From Phallusia mammillata (lineage: Eukaryota): a stretch of 64,000 bases of DNA. The notes beneath the pieces are model-generated. The model made no database searches. It was not told where the DNA came from and saw only the letters and a program-made list of their open reading frames with translations. Shown piece by piece: positions 1-14,900 of the stretch. The stretch's first letter is position 1, and every line of letters begins with the position of its first letter. The position numbers were made by a program, and so were the translations under genes. The stretch spans positions 28,024,001 through 28,088,000 of the forward strand of contig OZ281496.1 in NCBI GenBank assembly GCA_965637545.1. Reading direction: 5' to 3'.

Positions 1-888
1 TCAAGTAGAGCAGGGATGATTTAAGTGCTTGTAAGTGGTCTCTTTATAACAGTTCGATCGAACTAAACATTGATCGTCTATTTTAGACTCACACTCTACA
101 ACGCATTGCTTTACAAGACTGGCTATAGTTCGAGTATTGGACTTATCATTGAGTGTTGTTCAACGTAAAGGTCTGAATTGTTTCCCTCGCGTTGTGATGT
201 CTGTGTCAAGGGCTCTTACAGAGCAATCGCCCCCCACGAGCTCAATGTAATGCGGTGACGCGACAGGTTAAGCTCACAAATTGTCGTTTATTGTGATTTT
301 GCAAGATGCTTAGTTAGATATAATCTTCGCTTGTCGGCATTGAACCCAAAGTCAACTACTTTGTGTCTTTTCTGTTGTTCAAAATGTTTTTAAGTTGCCT
401 CACAAGAATCTAATGGTTCTTACTCTCGTTTACAACTTAAATTTTATCGATAATTGTGTTTTTGAAGCGTATTTCGTTTGACATAACCGTCTCTTGTTAG
501 CATTGAATGTTTTTGATTACCTAGTTACACCTATATGTACTCCAGACCTACTGTCATGAGAACATTAGCCATAAAACAACAAACCCGGTTATCTTTTGGG
601 TTTGAACCCACGCCGCTTTTAATAACATGTGATAAAATAGCTGTGTACTCCAAGCACCAAATACAAATTCACATTCGTGATAAATGGCATTTGCGCTTCA
701 AGGCGGGTGACGAAAATTGCTGTGAAAAAATATATTTCTAAGAATCCAAAATATATGTGTTCGTCTTCACAACAAAATTTTTACTGCTTCAAAGTAAATG
801 ACTAACAGTTATCGTCAGTCTAAAATCTTTCTTTGGTTTTCGATTTAAGATGTTTTGATCATTTCAAAACATCGTTATATAAAGTTTC

Positions 889-3800
889 TTATCTGTTGAC
901 CCCGATCCTTGAAGGGTCAACTCGTAGACAAGTACACGCGCACAAATAGCCAGCAATGCCACGCACGTGACTGGTTCTCTGTCGCCATCTCGTGGCTCCA
1001 AGTGGGCGATCTGGATCCACCGGTTCCAAGCAGTAAACGTCGTATTTTTGCCTCGACTCGTAATGGTGGCCTTCCGTTCTGTATTAGAAAAGTATTACTT
1101 GATGTATAGCTGTTACATTGGTTGTAATTTCGTCTTGACAACAGTCATAGACGCAAATTCGAAACGGTTGTTTATGAAAGCAACGTATTTGGATAAATAC
1201 CTCTTATGTATTCTTCTTATTTGAATGCATTTTTGTCATACCTGGCAGAAGTACGGTATATATTTTTGATTTGATATTGAACGAAACTTGAGCGCGACAA
1301 GTGTACTATTCTCACTTTTGAACATCCTGCCCCTAATAGTCTATTCTCCTAGTTTTAAGGCAAACCTACAAATGTTTAGCGGATGTGTCCGTAAACTTAA
1401 AACTTCTTAAGAAACCTAACATTTCTTGTTTCAAGTGAATTTCTCCTAACGTTTGTCATCTCACCTTTCTGTCACGTGACCGCCAATTGCGCTTAACGCT
1501 CCGTTGACGCTCGTCACCGTCTGTGCGCACCGGTTGCCTGGAAACTCCTCGCCAAACTTCCATGGCTTGTCCTTGGTCAGGCTCAGGTACTGTCAAAATA
1601 ATATAGTTGGTTTACATCAGTGGTTCTTATACTTTACAACTACGCCAATGGTTCCCAACAAGGGGTGACTTTGTCGGGCAATGGGAAGCAGAAGCGAGGA
1701 GACTTGTTTTTGTACGCGAAAAGTGTTTTTGAGAAATATGGATTTACTTTGGTCTTCAAAGTCTGCAAAGGTTAATGCGTTAAAAAGGGTAAAAACTGCT
1801 GTCCGGAGCTTTGTATTTAAGGCAGTTAAGACTTTATACCAACCTCAACAGTGGAAAGAGCGCCGTCTTCTCCCACTCCTCCCACTACATAAATCAAGTC
1901 GCAATCTCCAAAAGAGGAGGATCTTTGATGTGCATAGGATGTTGATCCAAGTAAAAACCGTGGCACTTGCAAAGGACTGGTCAAAGTCCATTGGTCGTCA
2001 ATAGATCGAAGTGTGTACACAGTCCCAACGATTTCCTATAAACGAAATAAGGAAAATAGATGTTTTGATATTGGTTCCATGCTTCGCGCATTCGATGTGA
2101 ACTGGCAAACTAATGTTACTTGCACGTTTTGCGGTTATGACAAACATTTAGCATATGTTCCTTTTTGTATTTTTAGCTTGCGTGTATGTTGATTGAAGGA
2201 TGTGTCCATGTGTTGCGTTGAAATACACAATATAGGGATAAACCCAATGTTTCCCATTTGCCAAGAGTTTCATTTATGTAACAGAAGAATGACGGCCAAA
2301 CCAAAAATACAGACCAACTACACCCAACATAACAGAAAAAAAACAAAATATGTTTTGTGCCTAGAGCAAGTTAGCTCTTAGGCTTTTTAACAGTTCACTT
2401 CGATTATGAAATGTTGGAATCTTTTATTTACACAAGGACTTCGTAATCTTTCTCCACATCATGTTTTCCAATATAAAATCTGATGCAAATTGGGTCAAAA
2501 TCATTGCCTGTTCAGTTAACATTTGTTACAAGGGAAACTACCTTATCCTCAGTCTTTCCACCAATCACGAACAAGCAGTCACGGGTGGATGCACATCCGT
2601 GGCCGTACAGAGCTTTTGGGAGATCGGGTCCTCTTTCCCATTTGTCCCCATCGAAATCGTATACTTGAACGTCTGAGAGGGTCACGTTTTGCGAAAGACC
2701 TTTCCCACCTGCAAAATGTCCACGATGCCAACGTTAAAGATGTGCACAATAACGAACCATATGAAAAAATCAGTGCCAGTATTTGTGTATAAAACATGAC
2801 TACGTTTCGACAAGTGATATAGTCAACACCAGGGGATCAGAATAGTCATGTTTTGTACACAAATACTGGCTCTTATGTTTTTGCTCAAATGGTTCAAAAC
2901 CGTGAATAGAACCATTTATGTTGCTATACATGGGAGACCGGCTTGTTTCAATATTACTTCTTAAAACCGTAACATTTGGACCTGGAATAAACAGACACAT
3001 TGTGGACTTTCAAAGTCTAAGGACTATGATGTGCACAAAGTTGGTTCTTTTAACCTTTCTTTTTTTGAAACCACTGCAAAAAAATTGACAGCTTCGACCG
3101 GACGTTCTTACATGACAACCACATAAGTATGCGGGTGTGCTCAAGACAACATAGCAACGAAGAGGCGTTGTCTATTTTAACTAACACATATGAAAAGAAA
3201 CCCATATGTCATCTACGTACATATACTGACGCACAATTTCTGTTATTACAATCGGTGGTGTAACACAGAATATTTGAAAGATGACTAGCATTATTTTCAA
3301 TATGTATTAACGTCATGCAATATAATAAGGTTCAGATTATGAAAACAATGCGACAAAAGGGAATTGATTTTATTGGTTATGCAACCTTAAGGAATATAGA
3401 CAATGTTAACTGAGTGCCAGAATTTATTTTAGTGCTTTTTTAATTAGGACTTTTTTAGGTTTCAAGCAGCATTCTCACGATATAGACAAGATTTAATCGA
3501 TATTCTGTGAGAGTCTTTTGCAATAGATCACGTATTACACTTTGGCAAAAGATGCCGTGTCTCACACAGAACTACTTTAAACGACAAACATTGCAATGAC
3601 ATTTACCCCGCGTCTTGAGGTAATCCCCGAAAAGGGGCTAGCTTGGTTTGAACTAACATTTCAAGATGGCCAGCAAGAATTGTCGAAACTTTAAATAGTG
3701 TGCTAATCGATAGTTGCTTCTCTGATTTTTGTTACAGTTTTCATAACAGCGAAAGAAGTTAAAGTAATAAAAATGCCTCACCTGTGACACAAAAGCGGCC

Positions 3801-6800
3801 TTGCAATTCCCCCATTCCCATCATGCACCTCGGTTCAGGCAGGGACGCTCGTTGAGTCCAGGCTAGTCGTTCTACATCGAAGAGATAAACTTTGGCTTTT
3901 ATGGAAGTGCCGCTAGCTGTTTTCTGAAGTTCCAAGCCTGCAAAACGCACAAAACAGGGTTGGATCAAACGATCCAGTTGGATTTGTTGGATATTTTACT
4001 CGTTGTTTCGGCGGCTCGCAATATAAATCTCAAAATTCTGCATATATTGATGTTGAAACTGGAGACTACATAGCAGCTGCATTGAGATAGCAACCGTCTT
4101 TATCATATAGTTTGATTTTGGACAAATTTCAATGCTTTATAGTGCTAGTCTTTTCAAGGTAGCAAGTGCTTGAGCAATATCGATTAAGGTCTCAAATCGG
4201 AAAACTTTATGTTACCCTGCTGGACATCAGCGAACGCGTATTTTCGTATGACAGCTTATTTGTGAGAAGTTAAATAACTCACCGCCAATCAGGTATGTAG
4301 GTCCACTAGCCGTGGCGAAAACCTCAGCGTTTTTCATAATCGGCATTGAAGGGTCAATCCCTGCAGTCGAGTCGTCACTGAGGTCAACCCGTCCATCTTC
4401 AGCTTTTGAGAGTCCACAATGGTATCGGTTCATTCCAGGTTCAAAAATTACGGTTTTTCGTCCGTTTGTAAATAACAAAAGGCTCTGCGTAGCCATTCCC
4501 GCTCTCCGTCGCACATTTAACGGTAATTTGACCGCTTGAGTCGACCCACTGAGCAGTACTTCGAAATAAGGTGCTTGTATAAAGTCTTCATTTTGTTTCT
4601 CCTCATTGGTTTGAACTTGGTTTTTATTTTCACCCTGGTTTGCTTCGTCAGAGTGACCTTGGTCTGCAGGAATTTCATGTTGGGTTGGGGATGCATGATT
4701 GTCTTCTGAGTTTGGGCTGGCTTGAATTGCTTCTTTGGCTTCAGAACTCTGTGACTGGCGCTTCAGGAGACTTTTGAACTTTTGCGCTGCAGCGACGTGT
4801 GCGGCAAGACTTGGTTGCGTCATTAACATTTCCTCCTGCCAAATATAAAGTTTTGCAATATTTAAAGCGGTATAGTGTTGAAAAATCTTGAATCGTACAG
4901 TTGTGATTGGGATTATAACCTAGCCAGAAGTTCTTTGGCTTTTGTTTCAATTGCCTTTTGCCAGATTTCGAAGATAGAATCTACCCCTAGTGATGGGACG
5001 ATACCAGGTTTTGAAGCGAGTACCGATACCGAGTACGAGTACCACATGTATATACCGTCGATACCGAGTACCGAGTACGATTACCGAATACTTAAGTGTA
5101 GTGTTGTACTTGGTTGTATATCACTTGCTAATTTATCTGTCATGGTCGTGGTACAGGTGTGCACACGCACATGCCGAAAAATTTAATCCCCAGGTGATAG
5201 CGAAAAAGATATACGTAACCTGGCGGAACTTTTTTCCAATTTTGTGCTGTCCGAAGCAAATATTGTCCGTATTCTTATGGTGTAAATCGGCCTTCGGTAC
5301 TCGCACGTTGGTATCGAACACTGGGACAAAATATTTCGATACCGAGTACGAGTGCCGGGTACTCGTCCCATCACTATCTACCCCCCAAGTTTCGTTTTAC
5401 GCACAAATTCCACACGTTCAATAAATAACTTATATTTAGTCCCTAACCATGTCCAACGTAAGGTCTTGGTTATTTTATGTAGGAACATGCCCCTTTTCCT
5501 TTTGTGTAATGCTTTGGATTTAATATTTCACCACAGCCACGTTATACGTTACGTTCCCACTATGTATTTTTATTCCAGTCTTAACCCACCTGGGCAATGC
5601 ACTCGTTAAGGAATTCATCTTCGAGCAACGTCATTCTGATATAAGAAAACACCTCGCTTATTGCCGTGCCACGACTTTCGACGTCATGGGCCAACCACGT
5701 CAAGGCGGCTTCATACACTCTCTCTTCTGTTTCCACCTGAACAGCAACGTTTGGATATCAAATCCTACATTTCATGTTTGTTCAATTGCTAAAGCATACT
5801 GCACACTTTAATTGCCAAAGCATAAGGGCGAATCCTTCACTTATGAGCGTTGTCGCACAAAACATAACAAGTTGTATACGTATAAGTCAAGGTTGGTTTA
5901 ACTCGAATTTAAGCTTACTGGATGCAAACGTGAAAACGGCATGAACGTTGTCAACAAATCGCCAAGTTAGGTCATGTTGTTGCAGTATTTGTTGTTTATT
6001 GTGTGAATAGGTATTAATTAACAGTTTACGTGTATGCTTTCGCTTTTTTACGAACTTAACGACAGTGTAGATCTTGCAAAAAAACACCAGTAGTTGTCTG
6101 CAATATAAGATCTCACCATAAGTTCATCAGCGCTCAAAACATCGATAACGTCATCCTTGCACATAGCCAAGAATGCGTCAGTGGTTATGACGTCAGTGAA
6201 GCGTCGCGTAATCAGCGCGAAGGCTGCATCTCGAAGTTCTTTGCAGCACAGGGACTTGGCGAACGAATATATTTCAATGCAGTTTTGCAGGCAAAGGCGG
6301 CTTTCAATGTAGCGCCTGCATTTTCCGTGCAGACCTAGCACCTAAATATGAAGCATGATGTATATCTAAAATAGTAAAATCATCGTCTGCAAACGCAGCG
6401 CACCCCCTACGGCATTTTCGAAGAGTTCACAACACTTCTAAATAATTTTCGTTATGATTTCACATGATTTAAAAGAGCTATTACATCTTTACCATACTTG
6501 AAAAAACTAAAGTAAATTCAGCTGAAGAAACACTTTGTTAAAAGTTATTATATTCCGAACTAAGAACATGCAATTAAGTATTATACCATTCATACAGCCA
6601 GGCCTCGTTTATTCAAATGCATTCTTATCTAAATAATGAACAACGAAAACCCCGTTTAAACTACTGATGACAGAGATATGAAGTATTTTGCAGTAAAATC
6701 TTGAATGTTGAATCATATTTGCTTCTGTGGTCTAAAAATGCTTGTCTAAACCCGTTCAGTAAGAAGAGAATACCTGTAGAAGGCTACATGCCGTCAGAAG

Positions 6801-7531
6801 TTCTTGCGCATTGTCATCATTGATATCCACTGTTGCGGTATAGAGGTAATCAATAATGCTGTTAACTGCTGAATAGTCGACGTCCTTAAGTTCCACCTCT
6901 GGACTAACTTGTTCCACCACTGCGTGAGTGAACATCGCTCGGAAATAGGGAGATCCTGCCGCCAGTACAACTCTGGTAGAACGAAAATACTTTAACGGAA
7001 CTTTTATGAATACGAATATGACGTCTCTGGCAATTTGGGTTTTTAGTAAAGCTACTATTCAAGTCCGTGTCTTGTGTATCCAATATGACGACATGTGTAG
7101 CAGATTTTGTAACAAAAAGTCAAAACTTGAATCGTTTTGTCAAAGACCAACTTTTATTAGGTTTTATACTTTCAAGAACTCAACAAACCCCCGCATATAA
7201 TGCCCTTGACAAAGGTCAACCTTCTTTAAACACTGACTTTATTTTTTACAATTGAGTGTAACTTGCTTGTAGTGCAGTCTTTTTAATTGCTTATTTAAAT
7301 CCAGAGTGGCTCATTACAATTCGGGTTAAAAACCAATACTTGTTTTTTTATTACGAACCTGTGACATGGTTTGATTTTCTTTCCTTGTACTATGATGGTG
7401 ACATCGACAAGCTGTTCTGCATCGCGCAAGTTCTTTGCTCCCCACATAAGCAACCACTCTTGAGGAATGTCCTCAAAACCTGTTCGTTTTTTCTTCCCTT
7501 CGTAACTGCTAATCACATCATTCTCTGCCAT
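889..7531 (-). CDS. KLHL40/41: KLHL40/KLHL41-like BTB-BACK-Kelch protein, 10 exons, about 708 aa
   Basis: Phase-consistent GT-AG exons: 7531-7359, 6972-6774, 6341-6117, 5736-5590, 4835-4283, 3937-3782, 2708-2542, 2035-1844, 1589-1465, 1078-889. BTB motif PCHR|VVLAAGSPYFRAMF; BACK motif EERVYEAALTWL; kelch repeats PEPRCMMGMGE, LPKALYGH..FVIGGK, PRFLLGST, FPGNR..LSAIGG. Repeat-by-repeat resemblance to remembered KLHL40/41 sequence. Confidence 0.9.
4988..5376. mobile_element. hAT-type MITE in a KLHL intron
   Basis: TIRs TAGTGATGGGACGA / TCGTCCCATCACTA; 8-bp TSD TCTACCCC at 4980-4987 and 5377-5384; subterminal GATACCGAGTAC repeats. Confidence 0.85.
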
Positions 7532-7640
7532 TGCAGAATACGATTTGCAGTTTAGCAATTGGAATCTCCTAACTTAATGCTACTAGGTACCGTTGGACTG
7601 TCTTGAAATCTTGATGTTGTGATAGGTTGTCGGAATTGCT

Positions 7641-7800
7641 CTATATAACTGCTTGTAAGTAAACTGTTTCTCCTTTTAACTGCATTTAAACTCATAACTG
7701 CCAAATCCCGCTGCTTCATACTCTACAGATCGCAGCAGCGCTAAACGAACAGCTGACGAAACCGACGGTTTACGTCACAGATTGTCGGTTGGTTGGCGAC
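7641..7800 (-). promoter_or_regulatory. Candidate proximal promoter/enhancer of the KLHL40/41-like gene
   Basis: TATA-like TTATATAG (7648-7641, minus strand), E-box CAGCTG 7750-7755 overlapping TGACG, and CRE-like TACGTCA 7771-7777, all 110-250 bp upstream of the ATG. Confidence 0.35.
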
Positions 7801-8954
7801 TGGGTGCTAATCAAGGGGGAGAGTTTACGTCCAAGTTTCTACACCATTGGCAAATATTTTAGCACCCGTGAAAAATAATACCCTGTTACTTTCGTGAACA
7901 GTCGACGCGGAATTAAAAAATAGGTTGATCAAAACAAATAACTTCTGTACATGCTGTGATGATAGCAACAGCGTGTATTTAATGAAACTTTTGTATTGAA
8001 ATGCTTCCTCTATACATAAGGTCTATACGTAGTTGTCTTTTTTGTATGAATTTGAATCTTGAATAAGCAATATTTGGCACATTTTGGGTCCTTTATCAAA
8101 CACGACATCAATGAGTGTATTTAGTATTTCTATGTTCGGCGCTTGTGCGAGAGCAAACTGATAATGCAGCTGTATATGTACCTAGCATAAAACAAATATA
8201 TTTTTGGCATTAAACGTTTTATTTTTAAAAGTTGCAACAACTACGTACTGATGGTGATTTGCCTGACAGGCTGTGTCGTACAACAAACGGTAATGTCAAA
8301 GTATCAACAAAAACACAGTGGAACGGGCCATAGAGAACTACAGACAAAACAAAATATAAACGCCAATGAGTAAAGTTACATCACCACATTTGGGCAACCT
8401 TTTCGCATTGTGGTGCATGAAGTAAAGACATCAAATAATGCAGTACATGTATAAATACCCTTTGTTGTCTTATTTGTGTGTGTCTTTAATAGTGTATACC
8501 TGAGAGGTAGAACCATACAACAACATGGGGTCAACGATGTAGTCTTTGTCAAGCTAACCGTAACAAACACAACAGCATAATATGGTGCAAAAAAGGATGT
8601 AATAATAAAGCCTTTCTGTCAAATTCAACTTCGCAGCATATTTTGGTAAATAAAAGTTTCTTAATATTTGGAAATGAACTTTTAATAGGGTTGTTATAAA
8701 ACGATGAACGCGCCTTTTTCGCCTTTGTCGGTCATGTTTCTACATGGTATTTTTTGATCATAATAGCTGAAGGAAATTGCTTAAGATAGGTTTGTTCGTA
8801 TTTGGCACGAAAAAATGTTTTGATAAAAAATTTGGATGTCAAAGTAAATGATAGGTTTTGTGTGACAAACAACAAACGAACGGTAAACGCGAAAAGTCAG
8901 AGACTTGCGGACAGTGATTGACATAAATAAGAGAGTCACACCGTAATTTCAACG

Positions 8955-11900
8955 TCATCTAACTAATCGCGTGTTAAAATCGAGCAACTGGTCTTTGTTC
9001 GCAACGCTCGTGTACCCAGACATATCCATTGCTTCTTTGCAGTTCTTTTGCACCACGGACACGTTGGCGAAAGATAAGTGTTTTCTCCACGACTCCATTG
9101 CGGCTGCCGAGTCCCGGTTCGTGGTAAAGGCTTGGCCTTTCTTCTTGTACTTGGTTCGTGGTTTTTGACCCTGTGTGTTTTGCGTGATCCAACGTTTGAT
9201 TTGGGGCTGGAAATCCAAGCCAACAAACTTGTAAATCTCGTCAGCGTATTTAAACGGCTCCAAGGCGAGATCTTCATACCTAAAGAAACATCGCAAACAA
9301 ATATAATTGGATAGTCGGGTATAAAAAGTATCGCGAATTTGTACGCGTATTTGACTGCTAGAAATAAAAACACAAATTTACGACACTATATATGAGTTAA
9401 TATATATACTTCGTTTGTCAACTATGCAAGAGGTGTTTTTGAATCTTCCAAACATTTAATGTAACCCCAATTTGTGATATACATGAGTAGTTACTAGGGT
9501 TGGCCCGATACCAATATTTTCAACCGATACCGATACCCGATATTTTACCCCAAAAGTACTGCGATCCGATACCCGATACTTTGCAAACAAGCGAAAACAT
9601 TTTCAAACTGATGTATTTGTAATGTGTTTTCCCATCACAGTTAATTTAACAACACACTCAGTCTAATAAATCACTTAAGGCCGTAAAATGCCCAGGTCTG
9701 GTAAAGACTCTTTGGCAAATCAGCTGGCGAGCTAACGATGCCCTAACGATGGTGGTGCATTGGAGGCATAACTAACGATTGGTGCACTTGTTGTTACGCA
9801 TCTGATCACGTGATTACGTTTATGCTACGCGCTTTGCAACGTCTTACCGGCGTCTATTGTTTGTAACGTCTTACCGGCGTTAATGTTTTACGACTTTGAC
9901 AACAAAAAACATTTAACGATCATGGCTTTAGGCAGAGAATGGGATTGTCTGTTAATATCGCCAAAACAGTGAAGGGATCCAAAAACATATAACGTTTGGG
10001 TCATTTCTTAACGCCAACTTTTGTATTGCAAAATCGCAGGTAGTTTAATTGGGATTTAAAAGTTCACCTAACGGCATAGAAAATAATTTGTCACTGATAA
10101 CACTAGGAATGTCTAAATACACTTGGCCATACAAATTAAACACCTGCCGTTTCGAAACTTATGCTTACAAACGTCTACAATGAACTTTGTGCGTTGTGAC
10201 GCTCGCTCGCAATTAACGCGGGCCTAAAAAACGTGTTACGGCATTAAGTCGCTGTAGCGATTTAGGTCATCATATTTCATTAAATCCAAAACGAACGCGT
10301 TTTTAGTTGTAATCCCATAAATATTTTATCACAGCCGATGGTTGTTGTTTTTTGCCTCCTTTCATTTTCAATTTTACACATGCTAAAGTCTCAAAAAAAG
10401 GTACTTGTACCGATACCGCTAAAGTATCGGACGAGTACCGATACTGCTCGAAGCATGGGGTATCGGCGCCGATACAGTACTATCGGGCCATCCCTAGTAG
10501 TTACCAGAGCTTTTTGGCGAATTAAGGATATCGTCTTTATCTTTTAGTTTGATTTTCATTCTAATATTGTTTTCTGGACCAAGACCAACTTCAATTTAAA
10601 TCAATCCTTTGCGTTTTACTGAAAGCAATTCTGCATCGCCATATTGTGCCAAAACGCCATGACTCTATACAAATACATTGGCTTTTTACCTTATCTTATA
10701 GTACCGGTCTTTCAGCCACTTGGTTTCGGTGGTGTTGGCGAATCCCATTTTAGCGTTGTACACCAGTCGGCTACACGTGTTTTCGGAACTTGATCTCACA
10801 TCCCACGTCTTATCGATTTTTAAACGGGAACTCTGAATGCCTCGCGGATCGCGAACAAGATGAATAATCTAAACCATCAAAATTATTATTTTGTTGTTGT
10901 AAAAATGAAGCTACAGAGAGCAGGACTTGTTAACGTGGAGTGTTTAAACTGCACAGTATCAGACCATCAATCAGACAGCATGGCCATTGACGATCATTGT
11001 TTGTGTGAATAGATAACTGACATTGACACATATGCTGTATAAGTAGTGTGGTGGTTAAGAGGTATCAACTCAACGACAAGATAGTTTCGAAAGTAAAGTG
11101 CTGCTGTTTTTCTTATCTGTTTGTTGCAAACGAAACACGCTAAACCTAGTTGATATATGTGATTATACGATGTTATACGCCAGCTCGCGTGGTTTGTTTG
11201 GTTTTCCTAAATTAAGAGCACAAAGTCAGTAATTAAGTACAAAAGTTCTACACTTTATAGGCAGCAAACTAATCGTATTATCGTACCTTCAAATCCATAG
11301 TCGGGTCATTCATAATCGTCTTCAAGCCCATGATATCACAGAGGCGAATTACTTTTATGACTGACATCTGGAAGAAAACGACATGATTTTTACAAGAAGT
11401 TTTTCTCAATGACAAATGTTTCTTACTACGACAAAACTATGTTGTTATTTAATAGAAAAAAATGTCAGAACATGGAATTAGGACGCAACCAATGTGTACA
11501 AAAGTAACGACAACTTTTTGTATCAATTGAAACCGAAAACATGCATATCCCAAATCAGAAAATCTATTAAGTTCGCAGCTAAAAAACTACTTCATAATGT
11601 TTCAATACCTTGAAAAGGGTAGGCTACATCTAATTTACTTTATATAGCAGCCACTCAGTAAGATTAGCCTGTCCATAAATGAACTCACCTTTTTGGATCG
11701 ACAAAGATTATTCACACGAGGGAGATGAATTGGGCCGCACTTGGCACATTTATGTTGAATTCCAAATGGGCAAAGCTCTTTTCCACAAAGCTCGTCCGTT
11801 TTCCTCCTGCGAAAAGATCAAGCGATATCAAGAAAAACATCCAGACAAAGTGCACGTTTAAATATTCATAAGTTTGCACATGATAAGAACTAATATGCAT

Positions 11901-14900
11901 TCGACTTCTTAATCTTGCACCGAATATACTGTGACGAATCGTATTGATCGTGATTGAACGGGGTCTATATAGATTTATACGGAACCTTAGAGGGTCCGAA
12001 TCCTATCCTAAGAGGCAGAAGAGAACCCGAATCCGATTTATCCCCAAAAGTTTTTGGAATTGTGACACAAATGGGCCTGAGTTTGAAGTATGGCCCGAAT
12101 CAAGCCCATTTTCTTTAAAGTTAAGCCCGAACACGACCTGAAAAATCCTGCCTAACATTGCGGCAAGCGGATATATTATGCTGGGGCGGATTGTAAAAGT
12201 TTGTAGCTAAGACAAAAGCCGGCTTTGAAAGTAATTCAGAAATGAAATGATTCTACCAGGTGTAAAACCTCGCCCTAACTCTAGTATATTGTCCTCACTG
12301 AGCCAAAACTTTTACATAACAGGGCAAGGCGTTCCGCTTATTACAGAACAAAGGTGCGTATCTTATAATCTTCGCTTCGTGTACGAACCGTTGTCAATCT
12401 TTATCCGTTATTTATGAGGCTTGTCGAAAAATACGACTTTGCTGCATTTCGGACATAAGGCATGCATAGTGTGTGGTTTGCTGGGCATGTATCTTATGCT
12501 TTAATTGTGCATTGGGAGCCTTGTGTTCTATAATGCCATCTTCAGAGCGTAAAACATTGTATGTCTATCTATTGCTCTGGCAGTGGCGTATTTAACCAAA
12601 TATTAAGTTGGGCCAAAAATTTGTTTTTAAAAGGTTTATGAGTTTTTGTCAGGCTTATTATTCTGCCGTTTTGATCCGGCATTTGACCACGTCCATGGGC
12701 AATTTACAATATAAACTATGCTTAAATAGGTCGTATTTACCTGAAACAGAAATTGTCGATCAAACACTCAACGTCAAGATGACTGTGGCGCACGGGCCCT
12801 TTGACTCGTGAATACAGTTCGCCAATATCGGGGAAATCACATTTCAACATCTGATGCAAGACTTGTGTCATAGGACGTAGCTGCTCTGGACATCGCTGTG
12901 TGAAGGGCAGGAGAGGCTCGAAAGTGTAAAACGCGTCCGTATGGTGATTAAAGAGCTGACCAAGGAACGTTGACCCAGAACGGTAGTTCGTTACAATGAT
13001 TACACCTGAGCACAAGATCGAAATGTCATTTAATCGATAGTATAACTCGAAAAGAGGCAAGGGTCTGACATTGCCAACACGATAAGTAGTCGAGCTCCTT
13101 TCTTGGCATGTTTTTCCCAAGGGACATCGTGGTTTCGCTTCGTGAATCATGATAATACAGGTTATACATCAAGTGTGATAATATCTGTTCTTGTTCGAAT
13201 GATTTTGATTCGCGTTACTGGACATATGGGTGAAGTTCTGACCTATAAGCATGGTATTGTGCGACAGATTCATAAGATATCTGTTTGTTTTGCAACTAAA
13301 TGAGAACTATTTTTTTAAGGTTTCTTGAACATCTTATGGTTTAAATGTCAAAGCTTTTTAAACACAAAGATTACAAGCGATACCCTTTCCAAATTTGAAA
13401 AGCTTTTAACCAACCACGTTTACACATCATAGAATTAATTACATTGTAGCAGATAGTGTTTTAAACAGAAGCACAATATACTGGTTACTTTACACTCATG
13501 TTAAGTGATGTGGTATTAAATCATACAAATCAGTTGCTACGTAGTAAAGTGGTTGGTTTCCTCGGTTAAAAAATTGTTTGTCCAACGCAACCATTACTTC
13601 ACCGCAGTTTTATTTCGTCATATTCTCTTAAAACCTTATCGCTCGTTTAAGTCTTCAATCGGACGTCTTTCTGTAGAAATTAATGTTTGCATAGAAACTG
13701 CTTAAATGTTAGGGCTCCGAAGGTTGTTTGTTGAAGGACGCAAAGAACCTTCCTATGATAAAAGTTTGGGCGTTCCGTGGTAAGGCATTACATGCGTCAG
13801 TTCATTTGTTTGTGGAAGCAGGGATATGAACGTCACGGTTGCGAAAATGTACGCCCTAAAACAAACATCAAAGGGATTTAAAATACCACTTACATAACTT
13901 GGCTTTGTAATAGGAAAAATCCTGCTGTATGCTTTACATATTAATATTGTTGAAATTGAACATCATTTTAAATTTGCTGCCTATTTTATGGTGGCCCTAC
14001 TTATTTAATTGACACATTTGATGTTTAAAGGTGCTGGGAGTTATTGCTTTTCCCCTTTAATTTTGCCTTCGGATTTTTTATGTAGCATTTAAACCGGATA
14101 CAATTTTGTTAATCCAATTTGCACACCAAGACGAAAAGATGACGAGAAAAGTACACACTATCGGAGGAATGTATGAATTTCAACAGTCTAATATGGGCAG
14201 AGTACACACAGATTTCGAAGGGTTTACATTTTTACGTTTGACAAAAAGGCGCCACAGTCACGAAATTCTTCACAAAGAGAATGACTTTTTGTGTCCATAC
14301 CCTTAAACACACAGCCCGTATCTTCGTTTGCCATAATTTTAGTGTGTTAGACTTTCGGCGCCATGTTAAACATCGGTGGGATCTGTCCCTTTTTTTACAA
14401 TGTCTATGGTCTCACGCTTTTGTCGTGAAAGCCACATTGGTTTTCATATCGCGAACAATCTTGCTTGTTGGCTAAAACGTTACCATTAATACTTGATTGA
14501 GTTTTGGTGGCAATGAGTTTGTTTATTGGGACTTTGTAGGATCGATTTTGCTTCAAAAACTATAAAACACTTGATTGGACTTAGACCTAGAGCACCAAAG
14601 CAAACACAAACAGTGTGCGAATAAGCATTACCCTTAGATAAAAGACCCTACGTATAAGACTCATGAATATAGTAAAAAAAATGATGCTGGTTTATACTTG
14701 ACCAGTCGTGGGTTTGAACCCCATCACAAACTAACAACAATTGTAATCACCTTTAGTTTGAGCTGGCAAAAGTTCAATTGGCTCGTCGTAATAATGGCGA
14801 AATCTGCTTCTGAAGTTGTTCGTATAATCAGCCGCACTTTTAACAAAGGATAGTCGAACTGGATCAACGTCGTTTTCCTCTTCTTCGTCTCTTGAAGATG

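Noticed and set aside
596-620. tRNA-like B box (GGTTCAAACCC, minus strand; similar near 14710)
   Set aside because: No cloverleaf or A box could be built; at most SINE remnants.
1471-1480. Second perfect GTCACGTGAC palindrome
   Set aside because: It lies inside a KLHL coding exon (GGHVT codons), so coding sequence explains it.
7295-7558. BTB-like ORF that first looked like a truncated kelch paralog
   Set aside because: It splices in phase (CAC AG|A GTT) to the BTB exon at 6972, so it is exon 1 of the KLHL gene.
10690-10868. Apparent frameshift in the sulfotransferase RDPR exon
   Set aside because: Recounting the T run shows a 179-nt exon that is in frame.
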